A DNA stretch of 52,090 nucleotides, counting the filler, from Catajapyx aquilonaris (lineage: Eukaryota), in NCBI GenBank assembly GCA_000934665.2. It is 3 parts of 3 records of this genome, joined end to end, with 100 filler letters (N's around TTAATTAATTAA, not from the genome) between each part and the next. Parts side by side here need not be neighbours in the genome. Positions count along the whole stretch, not along the records: positions 34,822 to 52,090 come from JYFJ02006987.1; 2 more parts are not named here. One strand, 5' to 3'. Below the pieces are notes generated by a model that ran no database searches, had not been told where the DNA came from, and worked only from the letters and a program-made list of their open reading frames with translations. A program made the position numbers and the translations under genes. This document shows positions 36,048 to 50,800 of the stretch, piece by piece (position 1 is the stretch's first letter; each line of letters opens with the position of its first letter).

Positions 36048-36324
36048 AACCGAAGCAGTTTGGAGGAGGGGATATGGTGTCTGACTGCTAATCGGGAGGT
36101 CCTGGGATCAAATCCGTGGGCCGGCAACTCTGACCGTGGTTTTCTGTGGTTTCCCACGGTCCTTCCAGGAAAATTCCGGAGTTGCTTCCGTAATTAATAG
36201 GCCACAGCCGCTTCCTTCCATCCCTATCCTATCCCAAAGAGCGCAGTAAAGTGAAAACAAAGAGTTCCAGGCAAAACAAACTTCCCCCCTAAAGAGCCGA
36301 TGGCTGATAATGGGGTATGAATTA
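36048..36324 (+). mobile_element. tRNA-derived SINE (family B)
   Basis: TSD TTACTGTCTATTGAT (36033-36047, 36325-36339), box-B-like GGATCAAATCC, and a body matching 14551-14773. Confidence 0.85.
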
Positions 36325-36652
36325 TTACTGTCTATTGATGTGGATGAAGAAGTTGGCATGCTAGTAAAGTTATGGATCATTGCACAGAGCCATTTCAAAA
36401 TTATATTATGTTCATGCACCTTTTCGAGTGAAATTTACAATAAACAATTGAATTATTAATTTTTTCTGCAATGTGTGATTGTTCACATACTGGAACTACA
36501 GTAGCAATGTAAACATTATGGTGACGAAGGTCAACTAATGCTTCAAATATTATCAGTGACTGATGGTCAAATGTACAATAGAGTATATATATTACTCATT
36601 TCATGGAAGATACTTGCAGTAATTACATGTGACTTTCTGTTCTTTTTTTCAG

Positions 36653-39600
36653 CAAAGGTATAGCCATAATCCGGTGCTTCTCTTCAAAACCATTCGCCAT
36701 TGTTTGAACACAGAACTGAAAGTTGTACAACAAGTTGAAAGTGTAAGTATTGACATCAGCATTTTGCCATGGGCTAATGTATCGGACGTTTGCAAAGATA
36801 AGGAATGGGGTTGTAGCCAAAAATGTGAGAAAACCCCATAAAAATTTAGCTGCTCCATGCAAATATTTTCAACAGCCAAAAAAAAAAGTTTAAAGGAGCT
36901 GTCGTTTTTCCATGACGTGTGGTTGAAAATGGATTTTCTGGAGCATGAAAATTGCACATGTCATGTATTCCCCATCCTCCTGAGGTATAAAACACCAATG
37001 GGGTCCTAGCCTCCATTTTGCAAACCCATGTAAAAAATCGTCCTTATTTTTAAATGACTTTTGGTGTTTTTTGTTTGAAGAAATAAATATTAGTTTTCGA
37101 GTTATTATCGATCGAAGATCGTTATACTTATGTGATATCGTATTGCCCTCTGACGTCACTCTTGTCAAAAGATCAGTGCAGAGGCAGGAATGCACCGGGG
37201 TTGCTTTGTTCCTTTGTTGCCTAACAACGGAATAGAACAACCACTAGTAAAGCCGAATCAGATGTGACTGCCAGTAAATAAGCCGAATCTAATGGCCTGC
37301 TGGCGTCACTGTTGTCCCCTTGGTTAAGCAGGAGTGGGAATGTGCTTTTTAGGCCACGCCCCCGTTTTTCCCGCCAATTTGCGAGTGACTTAAACCACCG
37401 ATAAATATCTAGGAATGTCATTTTGGTGCCAAAAAGTGGTGGAATGCATGTTTGTATGTATGGTTGAGCAGTTCATGTACAAATTACCCAAATCCCAGGC
37501 CAAGGCTAGGACCACTGTGTATGAAATTGTGCATGATTGCTATAGAAATTGCCTGGAGGAAAACAAGGGCCAGTGCTTCCACTCTGAAGTAAAATTAAAT
37601 GAGGTGTACTATATCGCTCAAAAAGATAGAGACGATTTGGCATTTGATTCAAGTGCAAGTTGCACTTGAGTCAAATGCAAAATCGTCTCTATCTTTTTGA
37701 GCGATATAGTACATGATATCATAAACTGCCGCTGCCATCTGCGAAAGTATGCCAACTCTTTGCCAGAGCTGTATGATGATAACTTTGTACTGATATTCTG
37801 AACCAAATATCATACAAACTATTTTGAAATTATATATTTAAGGATGTGTAATGTAGGTCATCACAAACTTTTGTGAAGTTCTAAGCTCTGATCATAAAAT
37901 GTGTACTGAGATTATTTAGTACTTTGAGGTTATGGCAGTGAATGGGGCATTGTAACTTAGCATACGGAAGCAATATATGAGCTGACAATATTAGTAACAA
38001 TTGTTAATTTTGTTCTTGCATCCTGAATTCAGGCTTCAATGGGAGGAATGGGTGGTGCAAGCATACAAATGATACCTGATTTAAATGCTGAAATCGTGCA
38101 ACAACTAGAATACCTTAGGAGACGTACACAAGAAACTGGAGAGGACCTGAGAAAAATGGAACAAGAGCAAGAAGCATTTGCTTTGCAATACCATGAATGC
38201 ACCAAGTATAATGGTAGGTAAAATTTTTTTGTTAAGTGTTGTTACGAGTACCTTCATCAAGCTGTACTTCACTGCAGCACATCTTCAGCACCTGCAAAGT
38301 CAGCCCCAAAGCCTGGAGAATCAGGAGATGGAAAAGAAGATGCGAAAACAGAAGGAAATGTTGGAGCAAATGCTGAATCAAAAGGTTAGTGAAGAGTGCG
38401 ATGACAGCTAATGCCAGTGCCTGTCAGATTACTTGCAATCATTAAGCCACCTGCAGCCATGGGAGGCCTTTGGGCAACAATATTGTGCCTTTTATTAGGG
38501 GTGCTTAGAAGTCATCAATATGGGTGGTTTTTATCATGTCTGGTGCAGTCAGCCTTTGGAAACCACATAAAACACCAAATTGTGACTTGAGCTGATTTCA
38601 CTCAGTCAGACTGGTTCACATTAGTATCTGCACTTGAGCAGACAAATATTTAAGTGGTCCAACAATGTGATACTGAGATTGCACAAGAGCAGTAGCCTCT
38701 GGTATAGTAGATTGCCCCCTAACATCTCAGGGTGGGGGTTTCTGGCAACGCCCCTTCTTGCCCCCCCGCCATTCCCTACCTCCTCTACCCTCTACCTCCC
38801 ACTGCCTGCTACGTCACATCCCTCCGCCACGCAGACCTCTTTAGCCCTACTGTGATAACAATTAAACTTGGAAATATTGATACCGTGAATTGTTGCGACA
38901 CAAATCTTAATGCAAATCTTTAATGACAATAATTATGTACACATGTATTTCAAGCACGGGCCTAGCTTCCGGCAGAGCATCCTGTCACTCATCCCCACTT
39001 CACCTCGACTCCTCCATTCCCCCTATCCCAATCCAGGCACGCCATTGGCTGGGAGTGTTGGGTGGGTGGACTGACAAGTTAACCCGCTGGGGACTATAGC
39101 TTACCCCTTTGTCTCTGTGCATTCTGTTGGTGGCCCAGTCATTTGGAGTTGTAACTTGCCCTCATCACCAGGCTTCTTAGCAATTTGATTTGGAATGTGC
39201 TATCAGACAGCCTCCATTTTATTTTCAGTTATATGTTACATGTAGGTCAATGATTGACCATGACCTGTTCCAATGGTGTGCCCAATTACAAACAACTTAC
39301 TGCCATGCTGCATTCGAAACTTTGTGTCATGGAGTATGAAATAATTGTGTTTAATATTGCCTTGCAGGTTGCAGGATTGTTACAAATGAGGCTAGCTTTG
39401 GTAGAGAAGCTAAAGGAAACAATTGAGCATATCAACACACTCCAGTCACGAGTCCTGGATGACGAATTGTTACGATGGAAACGTGACCAGCAACTTTCTG
39501 GAAATGGTGCCCTTTTTAACAATAATTTGGATGCTATTCAAGAATGGTGAGTATTATTTCTCACTTGGAACAGGCATTAATAGAAGATGTATACACAGTG

Positions 39601-42600
39601 GTGCAGTGCCCAAGGCCACAGTCCAAAAATTAATGTGGGAAACAAGTTATGGATTGTTTCTTCCAAATTGATTGCTTATCTATCAACTAGTTGATGGGGT
39701 AAACGATCCTAAATTGTACCCCCTACTCCACTGCTGAACTGTGAATTTTAGTAGGGAAGTGAATATGGTAGAAATAGATTTTCTGCAGCTAGTCTCCACA
39801 GAAACACATCTTGATCATGTTCAAAATATTGCCGCCATAGCATAATCTGCACTTGTATATTTTATGCAAGAAGCAAACAAGCAGTTTTTTTCCCCAATTA
39901 GCTAAGCTCTCATGAACTTGCATTTTTATTTTTGGTAGCCAAAGTTATATTGGTCCCATAATAGGTACTGCTATAGAAAATGTAAATATCAGGTCATATG
40001 TAATACCAGTGGATTGATGGTATTGTTAAATATGTACTCGCATGTTAATTGTTTTGCAGGTGTGAAACACTCGCCGAGATGATATGGCTGAACAGGCAAC
40101 AAATCAAAGAAGCTGAGAGGTTAAAGCAAAATATGAATCCACCTGGTGTCATGGATATCTTACCAAATCTTAATTCACAAATAACTCAGTTGCTTTCCTC
40201 TCTTGTCACCAGGTGAGTTGTGACATAATTATATGCATGCTTATTCTGTTAAGAGTATTGAAGGCACAGTTTGTCATAAAATAGGATGCTAAGTTCTGGA
40301 AACAGCCCCCAACATGGAAGTTGAAGGTTTTCACTCTCTGAACATACCAAGTATTATTGGGCTATTGCAAGAGAGTTAAAAGCATGAATGTGAGCCCAAA
40401 AGTTTTGCTTACAGAAGGAGTGGACTGTGCTGGGTGCAATGATGTATATTTTTTACATAAAAAAAGAAAGATTGCAAATAGAACTTGAATTCCTAGCTAC
40501 CGTATGAGAAGCAATGAGTGTGACAAATTACACATTATTTTTTCAGCACATTCATCATAGAAAAACAGCCACCTCAAGTCATGAAGACAAACACACGATT
40601 TACAGCAACTGTCAGATTGTTGGTGGGAGGCAAGTTGAATGTCCATATGACACCACCACAGGTATGGCGGTAATAATGTTTGGTTTGTGTTTCTGAGTGA
40701 CATGCCATCTTTGCCCTCAGGTGAAAGTGACTATCATCAGTGAAGCCCAGGCAAATGCCTTGCTAAAGAATGACAAGATGTCTAAAGGTGATGCCAGTGG
40801 AGAGATTTTGAACAACACAGGAACCATGGAATATAACCAAACAACCAGACAACTTTCTGTCAATTTTAGGTGAGTTTTATCACTTGAGAAGCATATCTCC
40901 ACAAGTAGGGTTCATGGTCATGCTTCATGATGTCTCTCAAATGCAGAAGAACCATTACAGTAAGTCCCTGGATTATGACCAACCAACTTATGGCGATCAT
41001 ACTTACGAAAGGGCTTCCCATAAGAATAATTTATAATTATCCCTGCATTCTCAATCACTTCTGCATACGTTGACCAACACCAAGTACCACATAAACACTG
41101 TATAATTGATGAAAAATTTGGAAACTACTTCCGTGCATGTAAACAAACTCACATGACATATAACCTTCATACTGATATCTGTTTCATTAAGGAGACCTGT
41201 CTGCAGAAAAATGACCTTTGTATAAATCACTTGCTTTTGTACTATACATCAATTCAAGTGTTTAATAATTCAAATCTTCTCTTAACAGGAACATGCAGTT
41301 GAAGAAAATTAAGAGAGCAGAGAAGAAAGGTACTGAATCCGTGATGGATGAGAAGTTTTCACTTTTGTTCCAGTCACAATTCAGTGTTGGAGGAGGAGAA
41401 CTAGTATTTCAGGTACGTTTGTGAAAGTGACTTATAATACTGTGGCCTCAAACGGGCCAATAAGTTGGTATGAATCTATTGTGGCTTGTTCCATCAATGA
41501 TAGTGAAGAACCACACTCAGCGAAGTGCTTTCCAGGCTTTGGGAACCACTTAGTCTCCCTATGCACACAGATTTGGCTGATTTAGCGCTGCTGTCGCTCC
41601 ATGGAGTATTAGGCGGTTCGGACCATGCTAAGGTGGCTGGCGGACTTTCTCTGCGAATGCGCTACGGACCCAGCTCAGTGGACAGGACGGTTTGATTGGT
41701 TCAGGAGGCCCCACCCAAACGTGGCCCGAACTGCCTAATGCTTCATGGAGCAACGCAAGTGCCAAATCGAACCTTCACCCAATGGGGGGATCACAACTAA
41801 GCTCGCAGCCTTGTCCATAAGGCTGGGGTAAGAGTTTCAGGGGGCTGCTCCAAGATCTGCAAAGGAAATCTGTAAACGCTGCCTCACATTTATAATGGTT
41901 GTGCCCAAATGGTGGACAATAAATTCTGTGTTGTTTACAAAATAAGTCGAAGAAAATGGTCGCATATTATTATACAAATACGTAGTTTTTAAAAATTTAG
42001 TTCTTTAAAAAAATGATTTATTCACACCTGTACTAAAGTCAACAAAATGCAGTAGTCAGAATGCTGCCATTTGACTTGTAATGGATCCAGGGAGTATGTA
42101 GTGTTTTGTATTAAATTTTCATCAATTTTTGGCATTAAGGTGCATTCACATATCCGCGATCTCGTGCCCAGCGACCGATTTGGTGCCCCGTCGCTGTCGC
42201 CGGAGCGTTCACGTATCTGCGACGCGTGCCCCCAGCGACGGAGTTCCCGTCCAGCGACTGTTTTGGTGCCCGTCGCCAGGATCTGTTAGATCCAGATACC
42301 TGCGACGGCAGACACACGGTCGCTGGCGACAAAAGTCGCGTGTAGGTCACGTGTAGGCCATTTTGGCCAATAGAACTCGTGTAGTGGGGGGTCCTCCTGC
42401 CTGCCTCTCCTCCCGCTGGAGGCCGCGAGCGATGCCTTGCCAGGCCTTGCATGGGCCGGCTCGGGCTCTGCAGTTGGGTCATTGGACCGCCATCTTTGAT
42501 AATGGCTCCATTAATTAAAAACTTAAATTATTTTACAATTACAAACGTCCATGGAGTTGGCCACTGACCATATCAGATGGCCAGTTGCAAATTTGTTTCG

Positions 42601-45600
42601 TAAATATGCCTTCCAAGCCTGTACTTTGAGGGATAAGGCCGGCTCTGAGCGGAGGCCAGCGGAGCCGCCATGTTTTTTTTCGGGCATGAGATTGTGGCGA
42701 CGGCTTACGTGAATGCTGTCACGACGCCGTTCCCGAACAACGCTGCGACCGGGCCTCCAGCAGCTGGGCGACACCATGCCCGCGACGTCGCTTGGGCTCG
42801 GGCACGGGGTCGTGGTCACAGTCACAGTCGCAATCGCGGATATGTGAATGCACCTTTATGCCAGAAACAGCATTCCTTTATCTCTCGTAATTTGCTAGCA
42901 ATAAAATTGCAAAAATGGGTTTCATTCAGATGCATAAACACGATCCATATCCATGGTTTAATAAGGTGTGAAGGAATTTAAAATGATGTGACACACAATA
43001 ACATGGTGACCGACAGAATAGAAATACGTTTAAAATAATGAATAGGCGACAAATGTCTGCTACCACCTCCCAGGATAAGCAAGAAGCTCAAACTGTTGGC
43101 GTAAAAAGTAGGCTGTCACTTGGGCACAGCTTAAGGTGGAAATGAAGCTAGAGTCACTGAATGAGAATTTTATGAAAAAAACATATGTTACGCAGTTTTG
43201 TGTCCTCTTATCAATGGTGCAAAGAAAAATACACGTCACCGTGCAAATTAGCGAACTAGAGGGCTCAGAAGTTCGCGATTTAACATGGGCCCTTATGGCA
43301 GAATTTTCAACAGTCCACAAAAAAATCATAAGTAAATGAGAATTTTAAAATTAAATGTGGAATATGTCGGGAATTATATACTGATCGCAACCGCAAAAAG
43401 AAAAACCTACCTCACCGTGCTCTTTCAATTTGTATTGCTGAAAAACGATCAGAAAATGATCCAGTGACGTCACCTTGCTCCACTCGAGTGAGGACGTGGC
43501 AACACTGCGTTGTTTACGGTAGCGAGATACGGTTGCATACGACCGCGAAATATGAGTGCAAGTTAGTATGATGGTTTTTACAATGGCTCACACAGGATTT
43601 TCGTTTGGCGGGGGTGTTTGTCAGACGTCAGAACCGTTATATTAGTTTATATAGTTGTAATTATAATATAAAAATCGAATCATTCGAATCCACCCGGCAA
43701 TGACGTCCCATTGCTACGCGATAATTGGCCCGGACCTGTGCTGCGTTGCCGCTTCTATCTGTCACCCGCGTACCAACTGAACGTGTTCCAAATCCGACAC
43801 AAATGAAGAGCTACAGGCTCCCCTTTCGGAACTAAACTTTTAAAAATGCCATGACAAATTGGGACCTCGTAATTACGACCGAATAAAATCGATTTCTATC
43901 AAAAATAACAAATATTAAGCACACCTCCAAATACCATGTTTAAGTTGGCAGCCGTGCGCCTGCGCACAAAAACTTGCCGCCGGTAATGGGCCCATATTAA
44001 ATCGCGTTTAAAACGCAGCTTCGAATGGAATGCATAGGATTGAACAGCATTTACTGCTGCATCGGTTGCGTATGTTTCCCTGATTTTAGCCCTTCTTATT
44101 AACATTCCAATTCTAGACTCTCATTTGATTAGCAAGTCGCTTCATTTCCACCTTAAGATGTTCAAGCACTTGGGGGCCAACTGCCCTTGGATATGTCAGT
44201 GAAACAGATTTTCAGGACTGCTCAGGGCTTGTGTAGTGTCTGTGGTACTATCCCTTAGAAATGCGGTATTATTGTAGTTGAATTGCATACGTAACACTCA
44301 CACAGTATTAACATATGCCAGATTACTAACAAATTATGTTTTTGCAGGTTTGGACTCTGTCATTACCTGTGGTAGTTATTGTTCATGGCAACCAAGAACC
44401 TCATGCCTGGGCTACTGTTACATGGGACAATGCATTTGCCGAGTCGGGTCGTGTTCCATTTGCTGTTCCAGAAAAAGTACCCTGGGCCCAAGTGGCTGAA
44501 GCACTAAACATGAAGTTCAAATCAGCAACTGGGAGAGGGCTGTCCAAAGAAAATGTGCAGTTTTTAGCTGAAAAGGCATTCAGGTTTGTCCTGTTTCTAT
44601 TGTGCATGACATGGTTAAAGTGTATGACAATTGATGTTTCCTTCTCAGAAATCCACAAATTCAAGAGGCACAGAATGCTGCACTCAGTTGGTCACAATTC
44701 TGTAAAGAGCCACTACCTGAGAGAAATTTTACATTTTGGGAATGGTTTTACGCTGTAATGAAATTGACTAGAGAACACCTTCGAGGCCCATGGATGGATG
44801 GGTGTGTACTTTGGCAGTTCCATAGAAATGTTGTCAGCCGTTCTTACCTGAACACTAACCGGCATGAGTAATGGGTACAAATTTGATATATTTCAGAGCA
44901 ATTCTTGGCTTTGTTCGCAAAAAGCAAGCAGAGGAGATGCTCTCCAAATGTTCAAATGGCACGTTCCTTCTGAGGTTTTCTGATTCAGAGTTGGGTGGAG
45001 TGACCATAGCTTGGGTTGCAGGTAATGTTTTGGCTTCATTCATTAGTGTTTACTCTTAACAAGGCTGCAGGACCTTGCAAATTAAATTAAATTAAAGAAC
45101 AATGATGAAAATATGGAACCTAGTTAATTTTATGAAACTGCAAGAATTACAATGTACTACACGACAGTTTTCAGACATGTCTTATACTTATAATTTTATT
45201 TTCATTCTGGTGGGGAAGATTAATGTACTTTTTTTCCCTTCTCAGAGCAAACTGAAGTCTTCATGTTGCAACCATTCACTAACAGAGACTTTGCTATCAG
45301 GAGCCTTGCTGATCGAGTGTCAGATCTTCCGCACTTAGTTTGCCTCATTCCTGACATTGCCAAAGATCAGGCATTTGGCAAATATTACACCCCAGTGACA
45401 GGTAATTAATATATTCTTGACCATAGTGAGAATAGAAAATGAGCATCTCAAGGGCCTAATTACCAACACATGGTTAACCACTCCACTTTCACAGATACTT
45501 TGACCACATTCCATAAGATGCATTAGAGCATGCCCATGATTACATGTGCTTATTCAACAGATAGTACACCTGCTTATACAATTACACTCCCCTGACTGAA

Positions 45601-47858
45601 TGAAGTTTTGTAACTGTGTAAGGTCATTTGGGGCAATTAGGGTCAATCCATAGTGTTTGGCCACCCTATTGTTATGCCACAAATTTTTGCTAACCAGGGT
45701 CAGCATACAGTATCTGAGCATGTAGTAGCAATTAAATACAGGCTATTAAAATTTGGCAGGTTTTAAGGACAAAACCTGTCACAAAAAGTTGTCTTGCCCT
45801 GAATTTAATTTTTGCACATTAATCACTGAGCAGTTACCAACTTTGAAATGAGGTCATTAAAACTGCAGAGAAAATCTGCTCTTGGACTAGTTTTTTATGT
45901 ATGTATGGATTGTCAACAACACCATTACATTTCCATATGAAACAAGTATTTCAGTGTATCAAGATCCCGAATGCATGTCCTCATGGTAATAATGATACTT
46001 TTATATTTTCAGATAATCAGCCTACATCGAGTAATGGCTACGTGAAACCACTCTTAGTTACTCATGTGCCAGGGTAAGTGTATGAAATCTTTTGTAATTG
46101 CATGTTCAGTTCTGCATGCAGGATATTTACAGTAGTAGTTTGTATGAATCCCTGCCATCATTAGGTGCGAATGCTTTTCAAGGTATAACTACCACACATT
46201 TAACATCAGTTGACTGTATTTTATGATATCAAGTCAAATTCCATTTGCACATGGTAAAATGGCGATTGTAAGTTTAGAACTGATGGATTTTTGGCCATAT
46301 TTGGTTAGCAGATACTAGGAGGTAGCAAGTGATAGCACAACGGGACTGTTGGAGATATGTGGCACAAACGACAATGCTTGGCAATACATCACATGACAAA
46401 TGTTGCAAGGGGCTCATGGCATATCTCACGATTTCTAGGAGATACTTCTAAAGCCTATTATTCTCTCATGAAAGAGAGAAAGCTCTGCTGTTTGTTAACA
46501 CTGCAAATGCAAAACATGACCACAGTGACATGTCGCTGGATTGAGAGATGTAGAATAATTTTCAAGTTTCAATATATACTTGTAGATGTGGGAAATCTGG
46601 GTGTAGAGTCTTAGGGTGGCATGTGTATAGCCTCAATATAATACATTTGCTTGTTACTGGAAACAATGGATATCGTAGTATGTCTACAATTGTAGAAAGC
46701 AACACAGAGAGAGAAGGGAGGATGGATTTGATGATAATTATGTCATGCAATTGGGAAGGTTGCAGGCCCACGAGGTTGAATTTTGAATGCTGGGGTTCTG
46801 AAACCATTTTTTTTCTATCGCGATTTTTCCTGTGACTCCTGAATCAAGCGGAAATGGGTTTCCAAAAGCTGCAATTGCTACATGCCAAATATCGTAACTT
46901 TGAACTCCTACACCATAGAGAGTATCACTTAGGTCTGGTTGCATCACCTTATTGAAACATTTCAGGTTGGAAAAGAGGCAGAAAAGTTTATGTATTGTTG
47001 ACCACAATGATTAACAAGCTTTTCTGGCTCTTTTCCAGTGTAAAATGTTTCTGGAACGGTATGCAACCAGACCTTACTGTTACTTGCACAGAGTGAAAAT
47101 TATTGATAGGAAATAGCTGTACTCTTTCAGATAAAAAGATTGAGACTATTTTGCATTGAAGTGAGATTCAAAATCATCTCTCAATATTTTTGTCTGGTAT
47201 AGTGCACAGCTTATGTTTGGCCACGTTTCTAAGGGTTTGTTAGTTTTTTTAAAAAATACCATGCAGGTCTCTTGGACATGGGGCAAGTGTTTTCATTATT
47301 TAGTTGTAAGGACAGGTATCTTTCAGACCCATAAATGCACTCACGGTCAGTATACATAACTGACTACCTGTAACACAATGCCGACTTTGACTCCGCATGA
47401 AAAACCAGTTCCTGCAAAGTTTGATAAACTCAGATATTCATTGCTCACGTATAAGACTCGAATTTGGAAATTGCTATTGCTTCATCGGTAGTTTGACTAT
47501 GGGAAATATGCTACTAAGTGGCAATAATTCTTATTAAGAATTTGAAGGTAAGGTGGTTGAAGTGATTGTGGAAACCTCGTAGGTTGGGGGGAAATTTAGG
47601 ATTGATGGTGTGTGTAAAAGTAGCATTGTGTAGGTGTGACCAGTGATTTCCAAAGTGGTGTGCTGGGCACTCTCAGAGGGCTTACCCTGTGACTGATTTC
47701 ATGTGATCCTTTTATCTATATATTTTATGATTTCCATTGTGATGATGAAGCATGACTCCAGGCAATGGGCATAAGTATCCTCCCTGGTGTCTCTGAATAT
47801 CGTGATACAGTGTGAATCAGATTTAGCTCACATCCACATTGCCAAAAATTACTCTTTT

Positions 47859-47889
<31 letters not shown>

Positions 47890-50800
47890 TAAATACCCCT
47901 TGCCACCCCTTATGGGGTATTCGGGGAGAGCCATTGCTCCTATACGCCATCGATTAAAGTCCGATAGAAACTTAGGCCATGTTAGAAGCTCCCAGGCCTA
48001 CGGGCAGGGGGACTGGGAGGGGATGTGCAAGGTGCAGTTATTGACTATACCTAATATTACATTAATTTGGGCCAGAGGCCATGGGTGCTGCCATCTTAAA
48101 ATGGGTCCAGATTGGCCCTTCTTGCCCCCAATCCGCACAAAGTTCTCTTTACATGCTGATTGTAATTATTTTTTAATGGCACCAGGGTCCATCTGAACTT
48201 GTGGAGGTTTTGCATGTCACTAACAGATGGTTGCTAAGAGTAAGTGGCAAAATATCATTTTTTGCCGGTGGGTGGGATGGGTCCTTCTGGCACCCAGCCC
48301 CTCAATTACTTCACTAGAAAAACAATGATACCTGTGTTCCATTACTACTGTATACAATAAACATATGTGAAGATTCTGATCTGCTGTTGTGTACTTGTCT
48401 TGGAGCAGAGACAGCACTGGAATGAAGGGAAGTTGTTGGATTCCCTCTTGATAGAATATCTTCATTATTTTGACTACAATAGTACAGTTATGTGTCAGTG
48501 CTATACAGGAAGTACCCATTTTACTCCGTTAACCCTCAGACGGTGACGTGGGCACTTTTTGTGACCAACGACACTTTTTTTGCTATAACTTGGCAAATTT
48601 AGGACATTCGAGATTCATCTTTGAGAACATTTTCGTTTGACTATTTCCGTGATGAATGACGTTTAGTTTAAATTTTTTGAGCAAATAGCACGACCAGGAA
48701 AAAATAAATGAGGCGGCAATGCGTAGTTGATCCGGTCTGGCGGCTCCCGGTGGCATCCCAGGCCGCCAAGGGGTGGAATCCCCCTACCCCCGGGAGTTGG
48801 CCCCGACTGATCTTTCTGATTTTTTTTCTGATCGCACTATTTTCTCAAAAAATGTAAACTAAACTCTATTTGTCGTAGAAGGAATCACACTATGATTGTC
48901 TCAAAGGTGAAGCCCGAATGTGCTATATTTCGCCAGATATAACAAAAAATATGGCTTGGTCACAAAAAGTGCCCACGTCACCGGAGAGCGAACATTTCGC
49001 ACGTCACCGTCTGAGGGTTAATTGGTTCTAGCAAAACGTGGAGTAAAGTGGTGTAAAACGAGACAACATTATAATGTAAGTAAATGAGATAGGTTTCAAA
49101 ATTTCCACAAATTTTCCATAGCCAGTACTAATATTACTGTTTTTATACAGAATATTTGAAACATTAATTAATGGGAGGTTCCAGGTTGAAGGCCATCGGG
49201 TTCTGAGGGCTCCTTTCCTTATTTTGGCAAGAAGTGCAGTACACGTTTGGATATTTAACAGCTTCGGGGAGTGCCGAGACCAACAATACTGGTGCCTTGT
49301 GGCAGGTTTTTTCGATATACGAGGGCCGTACCAAAATGATTTACAATTTATTTTTTTGCCGAAAATACAAGGCCCATGCAGGTTGGCAAATAGGTACACA
49401 CTATCGACAGAACCCTCCTGGAGCAGAATGCACAGGAGTCATGGGTGTGGCAACCTCTCCAGGCCCCCAGGAACCATTTTTTGGAGGTGCGACGCACCTA
49501 CTACCGGACAACTGCTCAGTCAGCGACTATCAACAATGACCTTAAAATGGTATCGGCGAAGGAATTTTTCCATGGATCTTGCTTTGAGTGCTTCCACACC
49601 CACCGTATGCTCCTGGCCTGGCCTCCAGTGACTTTGTTTGTTTGTTTGTAATACCCTGTCATAGCTTTTCTCTTGGCCATGGGCAGAGAAGGGAGTGCAA
49701 TTCTGCCTGGACTTGTCAGGTGAGAAGGGGAAAAAGACCCAACCAAGCGAAGGAGACTGCCAGACATGGATGGGATTTGAACCCCGGACCTCCTGCTTGG
49801 CTGGCCAGTAGAATAGGCACTAGACCACCATGCCCCCCGCCTCCAGTGACTTTCATCTGTTCGAATATATTTAAAAAGTCCCTTCGCCAATGCCATTTCG
49901 AGGACATTGTTGACTGTGAAGAGTTGTCCAGGAGTCGGTGCTCCGCACCACCAAAAAGTGGTTCCTGGAGGGCCTGGAGAGGTTGACCAGTGCCAGTGCG
50001 TTTGGCTCCAGGAGGATTCTATCTATAACGTGTGCCTATTTTCCAACCTGCATGGGCGCTGCGTCTGTGACAAAAACATAATTGTAAATCATTTTGGTAC
50101 CACCCTCGTATATCAATAGAACCTGCCACAAGGCACCAGAAGAAAAAAAAAAACCAAAAGAAGAGCCTTTACAGTTGTGTATTTGGACTCAAAAGTGTTG
50201 CAGTGATGTGTTTATGTTTAGATTGTGTTGTTAACTTCAAATTGTTCAAAAAATTGCCATGAAAAAAATTTCAAATGTAAATTTGAAATCTGAGTTAATG
50301 TGAAACGCCGTAAAACGGGTACGTCCTGTACAAAGTTCGTAAATGTGCTCAAAACAGCAAGATTGGAAATTGACAGTTATGTAGTAATCACAATGATTGT
50401 CACATACCATAAATCACTAGGTTGAGGATGTTTGGATTGTCAAACACATGAAATGAGTATAGTGTTCATACAGTTGACAAAATATTAATATATGGTAAAC
50501 TTTTGGGAATGATGGGCTTTTTACAGCAGGTCTGTTGGAGAACACTATTTTGCTTAATTCCAATGCCAGTTGTTCAGCACGATAACCATCGTGATTCACA
50601 GCCTGTTTGCACATGAGCCACTTCATCACACAGTGCACAATTAATTATTTGCCTGTTTTTGAGCTAGTGTGATTTTATTACACACTTCCAGCATGAATTT
50701 CTAGCCCCTAACAGCAAGCACAGTCACAGAGTGAGTTCCACCTTGATGTAAGAGAAGAATGGGCCAACTGTACTTGGATACATACTGTTAATATTTTACC

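Noticed and set aside
36163..36171. STAT autoregulatory site TTCCAGGAA
   Set aside because: A single site with six fixed bases, inside a SINE, is expected by chance at this scale.
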